A DNA stretch of 64,000 nt from an uncultured Candidatus Saccharibacteria bacterium (GCA_964477745.1 CAYZEI010000001.1:393-64392); one strand, 5' to 3'. Shown: positions 1-9,892, counted from the first letter of the stretch. Notes: generated from the letters alone by a model not told the origin. Made by a program: numbers and translations.

Positions 1-1646
1 CCGCCACCCATACCACTTGGGGCAGGCTCGGCTGTCTTGGCTTCCGGCTTGTCTACCACAATTGCTTCGGTAGTTACTAATGTAGAAGCAATGGATACTG
101 CATTTTCCAAAGCTAGGCGGGTTACTTTTAACGGGTCCACAATTCCGGCTTTCATCATATCTTCCACAACACCGGTCTGCCAGTCAGAACCATCGTACTT
201 GGTAAAGTCATATCCGGCATGACTGCCCTGAGTCTGAATAAAAGTAATAATACCGGTTGGTTCTACTCCGCTGTTTTGGGCAATTTGTCTTAACGGCGCT
301 TCTAGCGCAGCGCGAACAATTTTATAGCCCATAAGTCTTGCGCCTTTTTCTTTGGCCATTTCTTTGTCCAAAATCGGCACAATTTTTACCAAGGCTGCGC
401 CACCACCGGCCACAATTCCTTCTTCCACAGCTGCTTTGGTGGCATTAAGAGCATCTTCAATTTTAAACTTTTTGGCTTTCATTTCCGTTTCCGTAAATGC
501 ACCTACTTTAATAACGCCTATTCCGCCGGCTAAGCGCGCCATACGCTCATGTAATTTTTCTTTATCAAAGTCAGATGTAGAATTTTTAATTTCCGCCTTT
601 ATTTGGCTAACGCGGTCTTCAATATTTTTCTTGTCTCCGGCTCCGTCCACAATGGTGGTATATTCTTTGGTGGCAATGACTTTTCTGGCTTTGCCTAAAT
701 CGGCAATTTCGGTTTTATCCAATTTTAAGCCCAAATCCTCGGAAATAACTGTCCCACCGGTTAACACAGCAATATCTTGCAACATTTCTTTGCGACGGTC
801 GCCAAACCCGGGGGCTTTTACGGCCAAAACATTAAATGTTCCGCGTAATTTATTAACCACAAAAGTAGTTAGTGCTTCGCCTTCCACTTCATCGGCAATT
901 ATCACCAAATCTTTTTTCCCGCTTTGGGCAACCTTTTCCAAAACCGGCAAAATATCTTGAACACTAGAAACTTTTTTATCGGTAATTAAAATATAAGTGT
1001 CTTCCCAAACGGCTTCCATTCTTTCGGTATTGGTGACCATATAAGGATTAACAAATCCTTTGTCAAAACGCATACCCTTAACCACTTCTTTTTGTAAGCC
1101 GGTGGTCTGGCCTTCTTCTACGGTAATAACACCGTCATGGCCTACTTCTTCCATGGCTTCGGAAATTAATTTTCCGACTTCTTCGTCCAAAGAAGCAATG
1201 GTGGCAACTTGCTGAACCTCTTCTTTGTTCTTAACTTCTTTCTTCATTTTGCCGAGCTCTTCAACTACAAACTTTACGGCATTATCCATGCCTTTTTTTA
1301 TTTCATTGGCTTGCGGGCTGGCCAGGGCTGCAGCCTCAAAAGCTTGTTCTATCATTTTCTGAGCCAAAACTGTTGCGGTGGTAGTTCCATCTCCGGCTGC
1401 TTCATTGGTTTTGTTGGCCACTTCCTGAATGAGCGATGCTCCGACATTTTCAAACTTGTCTTCCAATTCAATATCTTTGGCCACAGTCACACCGTCATCT
1501 GTCACCACCGGACTGCCGTAACCTTTATCTAAAATTACCGCCTTACCGGTGGGACCTAAGGTAACTTTTATTGCATTGGCCGCTTTGTCTACCCCGGCCT
1601 TAATTGCTTGCTTGGCTTCAAAGCCGTATTTGATAATTTTTGACAT
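1..1646 (-). CDS. groEL: Chaperonin GroEL (60 kDa), C-terminal end truncated by window edge
   Basis: Minus-strand translation from ATG at 1646 gives [29 protein letters not shown]..., matching the GroEL N-terminus. The window-edge end encodes GGM repeats. It lies immediately downstream of groES on the same strand. The plus-strand ORFs in the track here are antisense artefacts. Confidence 0.9.
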   Translation of the reverse strand, partial: MSKIIKYGFEAKQAIKAGVDKAANAIKVTLGPTGKAVILDKGYGSPVVTDDGVTVAKDIELEDKFENVGASLIQEVANKTNEAAGDGTTTATVLAQKMIEQAFEAAALASPQANEIKKGMDNAVKFVVEELGKMKKEVKNKEEVQQVATIASLDEEVGKLISEAMEEVGHDGVITVEEGQTTGLQKEVVKGMRFDKGFVNPYMVTNTERMEAVWEDTYILITDKKVSSVQDILPVLEKVAQSGKKDLVIIADEVEGEALTTFVVNKLRGTFNVLAVKAPGFGDRRKEMLQDIAVLTGGTVISEDLGLKLDKTEIADLGKARKVIATKEYTTIVDGAGDKKNIEDRVSQIKAEIKNSTSDFDKEKLHERMARLAGGIGVIKVGAFTETEMKAKKFKIEDALNATKAAVEEGIVAGGGAALVKIVPILDKEMAKEKGARLMGYKIVRAALEAPLRQIAQNSGVEPTGIITFIQTQGSHAGYDFTKYDGSDWQTGVVEDMMKAGIVDPLKVTRLALENAVSIASTLVTTEAIVVDKPEAKTAEPAPSGMGG

Positions 1647-1762
1647 AAATTCCTTTAAAAATTCTAATCGCTAAATTCCAAACTCTAAACAAATCCAAAT
1701 ATTAAAATTTAAAAAATTATAAATTTGATATTGTTTAGGATTTAGGCATTCGGATTTAGGAT

Positions 1763-2068
1763 TTATTGTATTAATGCTAAAATGTCGCTGTCATCTTTTT
1801 CTTTTCCGACATATAAAATTTTGTAATCTACTTTTTCTCCGGCTTCATCCACTTCCACTTCTTCACCGGCGTATTTACCAAAGACAACGGTGTCCCCGAC
1901 TTTAAGTCCCAAAGTGGCAATTTCACTGCCATTACCTAATTCTACAATTTTTCCTTGTGCTTTTTTTTCTTTGTCCGCGTTAGCCGGTAAAACAATTCCG
2001 CTTTTGGTTACTTCTTCGCTAGTGAGCTGTTTTACCAGTACCCGGTTTCCCAATGGTCTGACTTTCAT
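1763..2068 (-). CDS. groES: Co-chaperonin GroES (10 kDa)
   Basis: 101 aa starting MKVRPLGNRVLVK...GIVLP..., the classic GroES pattern. Directly upstream of groEL on the same strand. Confidence 0.9.
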   Translation of the reverse strand: MKVRPLGNRVLVKQLTSEEVTKSGIVLPANADKEKKAQGKIVELGNGSEIATLGLKVGDTVVFGKYAGEEVEVDEAGEKVDYKILYVGKEKDDSDILALIQ

Positions 2069-2123
2069 AAGTATTGACTCCTTAACTTAATTTTCAATTT
2101 CTAAACCAATTATATAACTCAAT

Positions 2124-2150
2124 TTATCACTCTGTCAAGTTGAGTGATAA
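2124..2150. promoter_or_regulatory. CIRCE-like HrcA operator (TTATCACTC-N9-GAGTGATAA) upstream of groES
   Basis: Perfect 9-bp inverted repeat with a 9-bp spacer. It is one base per arm away from the canonical CIRCE TTAGCACTC-N9-GAGTGCTAA. It sits in the groES 5' region. Confidence 0.6.
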
Positions 2151-2199
2151 AGGTTACTGTAACCTGTATAAGCCCCCCTTGCCGTGATATAATAACACC

Positions 2200-2943
2200 A
2201 TGTTAAACGCTTATCAAGAAGCAAATTCCGCCATAAAATATCTGGATTTTCTTAATTCCCCAAACGGCCAGATCCAGCAAAATATTTTATGGCAGGCCAT
2301 TTCTGCCCGCTTACCCAAAAATTCAGACTCTAAAATTTTAGATGCCGGATGCGGCCCGGGCTGGTTAACCGCAAAGCTCCATAAACTTTTTCCCGGCACT
2401 CAGGCTTGTGACTCTTCCGAGCTGTTTATTAAGTTTGCCAAAAGTCACAACAAAAATATTGCCTTTACCCAAGCAGGGTTATTGGAACAGCTCCCCTACC
2501 AAACAAATTATTTTGACGCTGTAATTTTAAATATGGTCGGGCCGGATTTGGCGAATTTAGATTTGGCAATAAAAAATATTTCCATGAGTTTAAAACCAGG
2601 TGGAAAATTAATCATGACTGTACCAAACCCAAAATACTCCTTCCCGGCTGGCGTATGGAAACGAGGATTTTTTGATATTTTACTTGGTAAAAAACCAAAA
2701 CTAGTTTTTCAAACCCCGCCCCCGGCCGGACAAAAAATTCAAAGAGAATTCTCTTCGCATAGCTCAATTCAGTCCTTTTATTATACTTTGGAAAATTACC
2801 AAAAAGCGGCCCAAACAGCCGCTTTAACCCAAACACATATGGATGAAATAAGATCACTAACCGACAGCAAAAAATTTGACCTAAACTACCAACTTTATCG
2901 ATACCCGCTCTTGTTGCTTTTGGAATTTAGCAAACTCAGCTAA
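2200..2943 (+). CDS. Class I SAM-dependent methyltransferase
   Basis: Motif I-like ILDAGCGPGWLT and the overall Rossmann-fold MTase pattern. Substrate unknown. Confidence 0.7.
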   Translation: MLNAYQEANSAIKYLDFLNSPNGQIQQNILWQAISARLPKNSDSKILDAGCGPGWLTAKLHKLFPGTQACDSSELFIKFAKSHNKNIAFTQAGLLEQLPYQTNYFDAVILNMVGPDLANLDLAIKNISMSLKPGGKLIMTVPNPKYSFPAGVWKRGFFDILLGKKPKLVFQTPPPAGQKIQREFSSHSSIQSFYYTLENYQKAAQTAALTQTHMDEIRSLTDSKKFDLNYQLYRYPLLLLLEFSKLS

Positions 2944-3831
2944 CAAACTTTGCTGTTTGCTTTCAGGATGAAAAGACAGCTCGTCATCTTCCACCACAAT
3001 AAATTTTTCCGTATTAATCTGCGGTAACTGCCAATTTTTCAACACTCTGTCCAGCCATAAGCCAAACCGGTTGGCTAATAATTTTTCCAAAAAATCCTGC
3101 GCTCTACTGGCCTTCTCAATGTCGGGATGGCTTAATTTAATATTGGGGAAAAATGCCTTTAGCCATGGTTCATTGATTTTTTGAAACTGCCATAAACTGT
3201 GGGGGTAATTTAGCGGCCGCAATTTTAAATACTCGGCCGAGGTATAAAGATTTTTTAAACTGGTGATTTCTTTTGGCCCCATAACATAGTGGTTTAAACA
3301 GAACCTGTCGGTAATATGTCCGCCATAACGTCTTTTGCCCAATACTTGAAAATAGGCGGTAATAATGGTGCGTCCGAGCCACATATAATCCGGGCGCACA
3401 ATTATAAACAAATCAATGTCGGAAGATTCTTTTTGTTGTCCCATAGCCTGACTGCCGGCCAAGCCCACTCCGCGAACGAAAGGCAAATGCTTTAAGCCCG
3501 GTGTGTAACGTTTAATTAATTTTTCCCGTTTTAAACCATAATAATAATTTCGCAATCTTAAATTGACAATTTCTTTTCGAGAAGGTAAATAATAAAATCC
3601 CAAATAATTCTCCACTTGGCCTTGGCACTCATTATCAATGCAAAATAAAATTTCATCTACGCCGACTTGAAGATTCGGTAGATGATTTTCGACTAACTCC
3701 CCTTGCGGATCTGTATATTGCTTTAACTCCGCCCAATCGGCAACTAAAAATTTATGCAACTCCAAAAGCGTCAAGGGATAATCTTGCAGATCAAAAAATT
3801 TCAGAGTTGATAAAATCCGATTTTTTAACAT
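2881..3831 (-). CDS. Nucleotidyltransferase-domain protein (Pol-beta-like NTase fold), function unknown
   Basis: GVGLAGSQAMGQQKESSDIDLFIIV fits the hG[GS]-x(9-13)-Dh[DE]h NTase signature. It overlaps the MTase gene convergently by 63 bp. Confidence 0.5.
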   Translation of the reverse strand: MLKNRILSTLKFFDLQDYPLTLLELHKFLVADWAELKQYTDPQGELVENHLPNLQVGVDEILFCIDNECQGQVENYLGFYYLPSRKEIVNLRLRNYYYGLKREKLIKRYTPGLKHLPFVRGVGLAGSQAMGQQKESSDIDLFIIVRPDYMWLGRTIITAYFQVLGKRRYGGHITDRFCLNHYVMGPKEITSLKNLYTSAEYLKLRPLNYPHSLWQFQKINEPWLKAFFPNIKLSHPDIEKASRAQDFLEKLLANRFGLWLDRVLKNWQLPQINTEKFIVVEDDELSFHPESKQQSLLAEFAKFQKQQERVSIKLVV

Positions 3832-3900
3832 CTTATAGGTCTTATAGGTCTTATAGGTCTTATAGGTCTTATAGGTCTTATAGGTCTTATGTCGCCTATA
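3832..3900. repeat. Tandem 9-bp repeat (CTTATAGGT x6 perfect plus one variant) ending in a short inverted repeat, directly abutting the start codon of the NTase gene
   Basis: Read directly: 3832-3885 holds six perfect CTTATAGGT units. Then CTTATGTCG, then CCTATAAG, which is the reverse complement of CTTATAGG. Plus ORF 3807..4007 is just this repeat translated as SYRSYR.... Confidence 0.85.
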
Positions 3901-4240
3901 AGCCTAGTCTGTCTAATGTTATTTCGTCCCACTCATCAAAATCAATTTCCTTAAAGACCCGAATTTTGTGGGAAAATTCGGTTTCGGAAAATTTATATTG
4001 CGCCTGAGCAGACTGCCCGGCGCGATGGGAAAACAGTTCTTTTTTTTCTAAGACTACAGGTTTATTTTCTCTTATAACTTTAAATTTTCCGGCAGGGTTG
4101 GTAAAAATTAAAATGTCTTGTGTTCCGGAAATAACGGGCCCGTCTTGCGTGTCCATAACCAAATCTTCTTTGGACAGCGTAACAAATTTAAAATGTTTTT
4201 GGGCAGTATTTACTAAATCCTGCCATTTGTCGTCTTGCAT
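3896..4240 (-). CDS. Hypothetical protein (114 aa)
   Basis: ORF only. No recognisable motif. Confidence 0.35.
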   Translation of the reverse strand: MQDDKWQDLVNTAQKHFKFVTLSKEDLVMDTQDGPVISGTQDILIFTNPAGKFKVIRENKPVVLEKKELFSHRAGQSAQAQYKFSETEFSHKIRVFKEIDFDEWDEITLDRLGL

Positions 4241-4341
4241 ATTTTACGAAGTACGAAACTTTACGAACTTACGAATTCTGGGACTACTGTACGTGTGTCT
4301 TTCGTACGTTCGTACCTATTCGTACTTCGTAAAGTCATTAA
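4241..4341. repeat. Nested-hairpin intergenic element, family 1 (TTACGAAGTACGAA ... TTCGTACTTCGTAA), complete copy
   Basis: Outer arms TTTTACGAAGTACGAA / TTCGTACTTCGTAAA and inner arms TTTACGAACTTACGAA / TTTCGTACGTTCGTAC surround a roughly 24-nt loop. The element exactly fills the gap between the stop of 4342..4560 and the start codon of 3896..4240. Homologous copies lie at 33482..33566, 19245..19279 plus 19682..19721, and a degenerate copy near 17230..17290. Confidence 0.8.
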
Positions 4342-4560
4342 TTATTGCAACAACGCCCCGTAGCTACCGGAAATAGAACTAAAGGCTATGGGTAAAATAA
4401 ATAAAGCAGCCAGTATCGGCAACACTACCAAAACAATGGTAATGTACAAAGACCACTTCATATAATTCTTGGTCTTGCGGGTATTCTCTAAAATTTCCGC
4501 CAATACTTCCTCAGTAGATAAAGTTTTTGTTTGCACTTGCTCTGTTTGATTTATTTCCAT
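4342..4560 (-). CDS. Small membrane protein (72 aa, one C-terminal TM helix)
   Basis: Hydrophobic segment LYITIVLVVLPILAALFILPIAF. No homology assignable. Confidence 0.4.
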   Translation of the reverse strand: MEINQTEQVQTKTLSTEEVLAEILENTRKTKNYMKWSLYITIVLVVLPILAALFILPIAFSSISGSYGALLQ

Positions 4561-4582
4561 ATTATGCTTAGTAAAATATTAA

Positions 4583-5452
4583 TTATAATTCATAAACAAA
4601 ATTTAATCCTAATTCTTTTTGCAAGCCTTGTCCTCCTCCAATAAGCCATGTAAAATTTTTCCTTTGGCTTTTAGGCATATTTTCTAAAGCTCTAGCAAAT
4701 TCCTCCGGAGAAGGCCAGTTAATATTGGCTTGAGTGACGGGCTTACTCTGCTGTTCTGCGCTTACTTTAATTAAACCCTCCAATTTTTCATTTTTCTCTT
4801 TTGGAATTTCCCAATTTGCGTCAGCTAAAATTTTAAATATTTCTTCATCTAAACAGCCTTCTGGTTCTTGCATCAGCTTATTAATAAGTTCTTCATTGTC
4901 TAAAATATTTTTTAATATTAAAGCATAATTATAATCAACGGCCTCATAGCAATCTTCTCCAAAATCTAAACAAAGCGTATAGGGGTAACCTCCTCTGCTT
5001 TTGACATCAAGAAGTTTTCTTAAAATAAGATAGCTCCCCCCATTCTTTTTTTTAGCCACCCCATAAGAAATTTTATTTCCACTTCTATCCAAACCCTCCC
5101 TTGTACCAGCAATTCCTGAGTCCATGGGCTGTTCTCCTCGTCTAATACGTTCAATATAGCCTGTTCCACCATAAGCGTATAAACTAAAATCCTTCAAATT
5201 TTTCCAAAATGTTATTATCTTTTCGGCTTGAAATCCTCCAACTATTTCTGCTGGTTGTTTATTATTTATAAGTGCCTCTTCCCACTGGTAAGCCCTCTGG
5301 GCCAACACAGGATCTCCAGATGCCTTAAGCCTGTCTATATGCTCTTGGGGTGTAACAATTCGTCCAGCTTTAAAATCATCAGGATCTGTGGCAGGCAATC
5401 CCAGCTCATCCTCTGGAACATCATTAAACAAATTTTTAGGTTGTTCTTTCAT
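4583..5452 (-). CDS. Hypothetical protein (289 aa)
   Basis: Long ORF in protein-like codon phase on the gene-dense minus strand. No motif recognised. Confidence 0.45.
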   Translation of the reverse strand: MKEQPKNLFNDVPEDELGLPATDPDDFKAGRIVTPQEHIDRLKASGDPVLAQRAYQWEEALINNKQPAEIVGGFQAEKIITFWKNLKDFSLYAYGGTGYIERIRRGEQPMDSGIAGTREGLDRSGNKISYGVAKKKNGGSYLILRKLLDVKSRGGYPYTLCLDFGEDCYEAVDYNYALILKNILDNEELINKLMQEPEGCLDEEIFKILADANWEIPKEKNEKLEGLIKVSAEQQSKPVTQANINWPSPEEFARALENMPKSQRKNFTWLIGGGQGLQKELGLNFVYEL

Positions 5453-5467
5453 TTATTAATATTATTT

Positions 5468-6397
5468 TTACTTCTGGCATTTTGGGCAAAAACTGCCCGT
5501 TCTGCCACCTAATTTAAGGCTTTCTATTATTGTACCGCATTTTTTGCATTTCTGCCCGCCACGGCCGTAGACATAGTGGAATTTGCCCATTTGGCCCCAA
5601 GAGCCGTCGGTTCGCACAAAGTCCCCTACACTGGAGCCTTTAGCTTTTATGGCTATCTTTAAAACCACAAGTATATACTTAAATATATACTTTTTTTCTT
5701 GGGTAGATAATCGGGATACCGGCCTGTTTGGGCGAACACCGGAAAGAAACAATATTTCATCGGAATAAATATTTCCTATTCCCGCTACGAACCTGGGGTC
5801 CATTAACGCCAATTTAATACTTCTTTTCCCCGACACGTTTTGCGCGGCCGCGCAAAACGTGTCATAAGTAAATTTGCCACTTAATGGCTCCGGGCCGTAT
5901 TCGTTTAATTCCTTAACTTGACTGAGTTCATAGTCCCGCACAATTTTTAAATACCCAAATCGGCGCATGTCGTTAAAATAAAGGTGGGAACCGTCGGTAA
6001 ATTCAAAAACAACATGCGTGTGTTTGCCGGGCAGTTGTACCAGTGGCGCGTTAATTTTATTTAACAACCGATACTTGCCTAAAGTTTTTGCCCGCAATGC
6101 TTTATCTTCAAAAATAAATTGTCCGGTCATCTTAAGATGAACAAGCATAGAAAACGGTCCAGATAGATCAAATATTAATAATTTTGCTCTCCGTTTTACA
6201 CTTAAAACTTTTTGTCCCTGCAATAACTTTACAAACTTTATAACTTGAGAACTTTTTGCTTGTCGTCGGTTAGATACAACATCAGGCCCAACGGCAACCA
6301 TTTTTGGCGCGTTAACCTTAACCGATTTTAGTTTGCGGTTTTTTAGCTTGGCATTTAACTCACTAACTACGGTTTGGACTTCTGGAAGTTCGGGCAT
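5468..6397 (-). CDS. fpg: Formamidopyrimidine-DNA glycosylase (Fpg/MutM family)
   Basis: N-terminal MPELPEV (catalytic Pro2/Glu3) and a C-terminal CxxC-x16-CxxC zinc finger (CKKCG...CPKCQ). Confidence 0.85.
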   Translation of the reverse strand: MPELPEVQTVVSELNAKLKNRKLKSVKVNAPKMVAVGPDVVSNRRQAKSSQVIKFVKLLQGQKVLSVKRRAKLLIFDLSGPFSMLVHLKMTGQFIFEDKALRAKTLGKYRLLNKINAPLVQLPGKHTHVVFEFTDGSHLYFNDMRRFGYLKIVRDYELSQVKELNEYGPEPLSGKFTYDTFCAAAQNVSGKRSIKLALMDPRFVAGIGNIYSDEILFLSGVRPNRPVSRLSTQEKKYIFKYILVVLKIAIKAKGSSVGDFVRTDGSWGQMGKFHYVYGRGGQKCKKCGTIIESLKLGGRTGSFCPKCQK

Positions 6398-6502
6398 AAA
6401 GTAATTGCTCAGAATTGATCAAAATTTCAGCCACAAAATTATGACTAATTATGTTAATTTCATTATATCATCATAAGCCCCGGCCATGTTATAATACCTC
6501 TA

Positions 6503-8017
6503 ATGAAAAATTTCCAAAACTTTTTAAACTGTATTCCGCATAAATTCAAGCCCGAAGACGAGGCTTTAATTAAGCGTGCTTATGAATTGGGAATTAACGC
6601 TCATAAGGGCCAAAAGCGCAGAAGTGGCGCAGATTATTTTACCCATGCCTGGGAAGCGGCCATAATTTTGGGTAGCTTATTCCCCGACGCTCCCACCTTA
6701 GCCGCCACCCTACTTCATGATGTCCCGGAAGACACCACTGTAACCATAGACGAGCTGACAAAAAATTTCGGGCCTGAAATTTCCGGACTAATTGACGGCG
6801 TTACCCAATTGGGACGAGTGCGAATGAAAAACAGCAAAGATAAATTTTACGTGGAAAACTTACGTAAATTATTTATCGCCACCAGCCGAGATATTCGGGT
6901 AATTTTAATTAAACTTGCCGACCGTCTGCATAACATGCGGACCATAGAATTTATTCCGGCCGACAAACAAATTAAAGTGGCCACAGAAACTCTGGAAATT
7001 TATGCACCCATAGCTGCCCGTCTGGGTATTTCCAGCTGGAAAGACGAACTGGAAGATTTGTCTTTTAAAATTGTGTTCCCGAAAGAATTTGAAAAAACCA
7101 AAAATCTTTTGGATGCAGAGCTGTCCAGTCGGGAAGAAAGCAACAAAGAAACCCAAAAAAGTTTAACTCATATTTTGCGAACCGAGGGTATAAAGTTTGA
7201 GGAAGTAAACGGCCGGGTCAAACGTTTATATTCCCTATTTCGCAAACTCCAAAAATATGAAGGCGATATTACCAAAATCCATGATTTTATTGCCTTAAGA
7301 ATTATAACCAAATCCACTGCCGACTGCTATGCAGCCTTAGGAGTAATTCACAAACATTTTCAACCCGTGCCGGGACGGATTAAAGATTTTATCGCCAACC
7401 CCAAACCTAACGGCTACCAAAGCATCCACACAACAGTATTCGGCAAAAACGGCAAAACCATTGAAATACAAATTCGTACCGACTTAATGCACGAAGAAGC
7501 GGAACGTGGGGTCGCAGCTCATTGGTTTTATGCCGAGGAAGGTAAACCAGAAGCGGCCGGGAGAGCACAAGCCAGCTGGATAAAAGAATTACAAAGTTGG
7601 CAAGAAGAAACCAACAACCCGGAAGAATTTTTGGAAAGTTTAAAAATAGATTTTTTCCGTGACCGCATTTTTGTCTTTACTCCCAAAGGTGACATTAAAG
7701 ATTTACCCGGCGGGGCTTCGGTCATTGATTTTGCTTTTTCTGTGCATACTGACTTAGGCTACCATATGATGGGCGCCAAAATAAACGGTAAAATGAAGAG
7801 CATCTACGACCAGTTGGAAAACGAAGACGTGGTAGAAATTATTAAAAGTAAAAAGGAAGCTGTCATTTCCCGCGATTGGCTTAAAGCCGCCAAAACCCAC
7901 AGTGCGCGCAATAAAATTCGCCATTATCTAACCGAACACGACACGGGTATTTTAAAACGAATTAAGGAACTTAAACTTAAAGATTTCTCCCTACCCAGAT
8001 TCTTCCGAAAAAAATAA
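6503..8017 (+). CDS. relA: Bifunctional (p)ppGpp synthetase/hydrolase (RelA/SpoT homologue, short form)
   Basis: HD hydrolase motif (HxxxGxxRxSGxPY...H...DV.ED), a synthetase region (RIKDF..ANPKPNGYQSIHTTV) and a TGS-like segment. Confidence 0.85.
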   Translation: MKNFQNFLNCIPHKFKPEDEALIKRAYELGINAHKGQKRRSGADYFTHAWEAAIILGSLFPDAPTLAATLLHDVPEDTTVTIDELTKNFGPEISGLIDGVTQLGRVRMKNSKDKFYVENLRKLFIATSRDIRVILIKLADRLHNMRTIEFIPADKQIKVATETLEIYAPIAARLGISSWKDELEDLSFKIVFPKEFEKTKNLLDAELSSREESNKETQKSLTHILRTEGIKFEEVNGRVKRLYSLFRKLQKYEGDITKIHDFIALRIITKSTADCYAALGVIHKHFQPVPGRIKDFIANPKPNGYQSIHTTVFGKNGKTIEIQIRTDLMHEEAERGVAAHWFYAEEGKPEAAGRAQASWIKELQSWQEETNNPEEFLESLKIDFFRDRIFVFTPKGDIKDLPGGASVIDFAFSVHTDLGYHMMGAKINGKMKSIYDQLENEDVVEIIKSKKEAVISRDWLKAAKTHSARNKIRHYLTEHDTGILKRIKELKLKDFSLPRFFRKK

Positions 8018-8074
8018 CACCAACTTGACTCATCCTCGCTTTGCCCTATATACTCCCTCCTGAAAGGAGGGGTC

Positions 8075-8341
8075 ATGCCAAGCAATACCCCTGATATCTT
8101 TTTGAACTGCATGTGCGGGGGTTCGGGATTTTCTGAACTAAAGCTCCATAAGTTCCTTCAATACCACCTAAAAGCGGGATGGGAGTCGGGGCAAACCAGA
8201 GTAGCCCCCTACAGTGTGATGTTTTGCTTCACCTATGCCTGCAAGTCCTGCAACAAAAAGACCATTGTCCAAATTGAGGCACCAGAAGCAGTTCGCTCGG
8301 CGAACATCGCAGACCACGGCAAAATCAAACAGCCTGACTAG
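8075..8341 (+). CDS. Possible small Cys-containing protein (88 aa), uncertain
   Basis: ATG preceded by AGGAGGGG. Contains CMCGG and CKSCNKK. Followed by two terminator hairpins. Could equally be a non-coding leader/trailer. Confidence 0.25.
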   Translation: MPSNTPDIFLNCMCGGSGFSELKLHKFLQYHLKAGWESGQTRVAPYSVMFCFTYACKSCNKKTIVQIEAPEAVRSANIADHGKIKQPD

Positions 8342-8354
8342 GGTCGTTTCCGTG

Positions 8355-8436
8355 CGGCGGGTTTCCGAAAGGGACCCGCCTCTCTCTTTTTTAAATTAAC
8401 AAAATCCTCCCCGCTCTTTGTCGGGGAGGATTTTTC
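8355..8436. terminator. Two tandem Rho-independent terminator hairpins; the second is bidirectional
   Basis: GCGGGT...ACCCGC followed by CTCTCTCTTTTTT. Then AATCCTCCCC-loop-GGGGAGGATT flanked by an A-run and a T-run. Together they separate the relA side from the convergent ndk. Confidence 0.6.
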
Positions 8437-8463
8437 TATATACTATCTACTAAATACTGGCTA

Positions 8464-8958
8464 CTAGTAAGCAATGGTATGCTTGGTATAATCCGGCTTG
8501 TGATCATGCAATTCTTCCGCGGAAAACCAAACCGGAATTTCCACAGCTGCGTCTTCCAAATTTCCGGAGGCATGGATTAAATTATATACACCAATTTTTT
8601 TACTGTCTGCGTGATTAAAGGAAACGTGAGCGTAGTCACCTCGAATGGTGCCGGGGGCTGCGCTTTTTGGCTCAGTCGTCCCTACCATCTTGCGCACAAT
8701 TTCCACTGCTTCCACCCCTTCTAAAACAATCGCCACAATCGGACCGGAAGTTATCATCTCAATCATTAAATCGCGCACATGCTGACCGCGACGAACAGCC
8801 AAATCTTCGGTGTAATGCTTAGACGCGTGTTCTTTTTTTGGCCAAACTAATTTTAAACCGGCAATTTTCAAGCCCGCTCGTTCAAACCGAGAAATAATTT
8901 CACCAATCAAACCTCGGTTGATTGCGTCAGGTTTTAATAAGACAAGTGATCTTTCCAT
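8464..8958 (-). CDS. ndk: Nucleoside diphosphate kinase
   Basis: MERSLVLLKPDAINRGLIGEIISRFE... and the NIIHGSD-like region (NLIHASGN). Typical Ndk length plus a short C-terminal extension. Confidence 0.9.
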   Translation of the reverse strand: MERSLVLLKPDAINRGLIGEIISRFERAGLKIAGLKLVWPKKEHASKHYTEDLAVRRGQHVRDLMIEMITSGPIVAIVLEGVEAVEIVRKMVGTTEPKSAAPGTIRGDYAHVSFNHADSKKIGVYNLIHASGNLEDAAVEIPVWFSAEELHDHKPDYTKHTIAY

Positions 8959-9053
8959 AAAAGCGATCCTAATCCCCGAATAGCATCCGAATTATCCGAA
9001 TGGGCCCAATTCGGGTCATTCGTGTTTAATTCGTTGTATTCGGATCGGGTTAA

Positions 9054-9839
9054 TTATTTAATAATCTTCACTGTTTCCATAACCACCGGAGTCTTTGGTG
9101 CACCGTCGGTCGGCCCCATTTGGGGAGTAATATCAACTTTTCCGATTTTATCAACCGCATCCAAACCGGCGATAACTTTACCGAAGATTGTATATGCTGG
9201 AGGCAATTGCACGTCATCAAGCATTATAAAAAATTGGCTGGTGTTGGTGTTCGGTCCGCGGTTTGCCATGGCCAGGACACCTTTTTTATATCCGTTTTTA
9301 TACAACGCGGAGGTTGCGTTAACTTCATCGGCAAATTCCCCGCCAAAAGCAGACTGGCCACCACTTCCGGTACCGGTTGGGTCACCACCTTGAATGACAA
9401 AGCCCTTAGCAACGCGATGAAAAGTTAAACAGTCATAGTACCCGGCATTGGTTAACCTCAGGAAATTCTCCACGGTCTTGGGAGCGTCTTTGTCATAAAA
9501 TTCCACGGTAATTTTTCCAAAACCTTTTACATTCATTTCTACTTGCCTATTGGCAATACCGACTTTGTCGTTTTGTAATTTTGTTGTGTCAAACATTCTT
9601 TTGCATCCATTTAATATTTCAGGCTTTACTGCTTCGGCCACCGGAGGGGTTCCGGAAGCGGTTGGCGTTGTGGTGTTTTGTGGCACCGGACTTGGGGCAA
9701 TTGGCGATTGGGTGTCAGATTCGTCTTGCAATGATACATCATTTAATGGCCGATAATTCTGCCAATAGTAGTACCCTGCCACTCCGGTGCCTATTACCAC
9801 AATTCCCGCAATAATAACCACTAACATTTTATTTGTCAT
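9054..9839 (-). CDS. Cyclophilin-type peptidyl-prolyl cis-trans isomerase with N-terminal membrane anchor and Pro/Thr-rich linker
   Basis: FHRV..GFVIQGGDP.GTG.GG and MANRGPNTNTSQFFI match cyclophilin motifs. N-terminal TM MLVVIIAGIVVIGTGVAGYYYW. Confidence 0.85.
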   Translation of the reverse strand: MTNKMLVVIIAGIVVIGTGVAGYYYWQNYRPLNDVSLQDESDTQSPIAPSPVPQNTTTPTASGTPPVAEAVKPEILNGCKRMFDTTKLQNDKVGIANRQVEMNVKGFGKITVEFYDKDAPKTVENFLRLTNAGYYDCLTFHRVAKGFVIQGGDPTGTGSGGQSAFGGEFADEVNATSALYKNGYKKGVLAMANRGPNTNTSQFFIMLDDVQLPPAYTIFGKVIAGLDAVDKIGKVDITPQMGPTDGAPKTPVVMETVKIIK

Positions 9840-9892
9840 GATTCTCTCAGTTCCATTTTAATTTTAAATCTTCCTCCATCCCAACTATTTTA

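Noticed and set aside
37-1532. Plus-strand ORFs 37..222, 352..960, 1209..1532
   Set aside because: They are antisense to groEL. The minus-strand translation is unmistakably GroEL, while the plus-strand products are low-complexity (Ala/Ser/Thr-rich) mirror artefacts.
3807-4007. ORF encoding SYRSYRSYR...
   Set aside because: It is merely the translation of the 9-bp tandem DNA repeat. Not a plausible protein.
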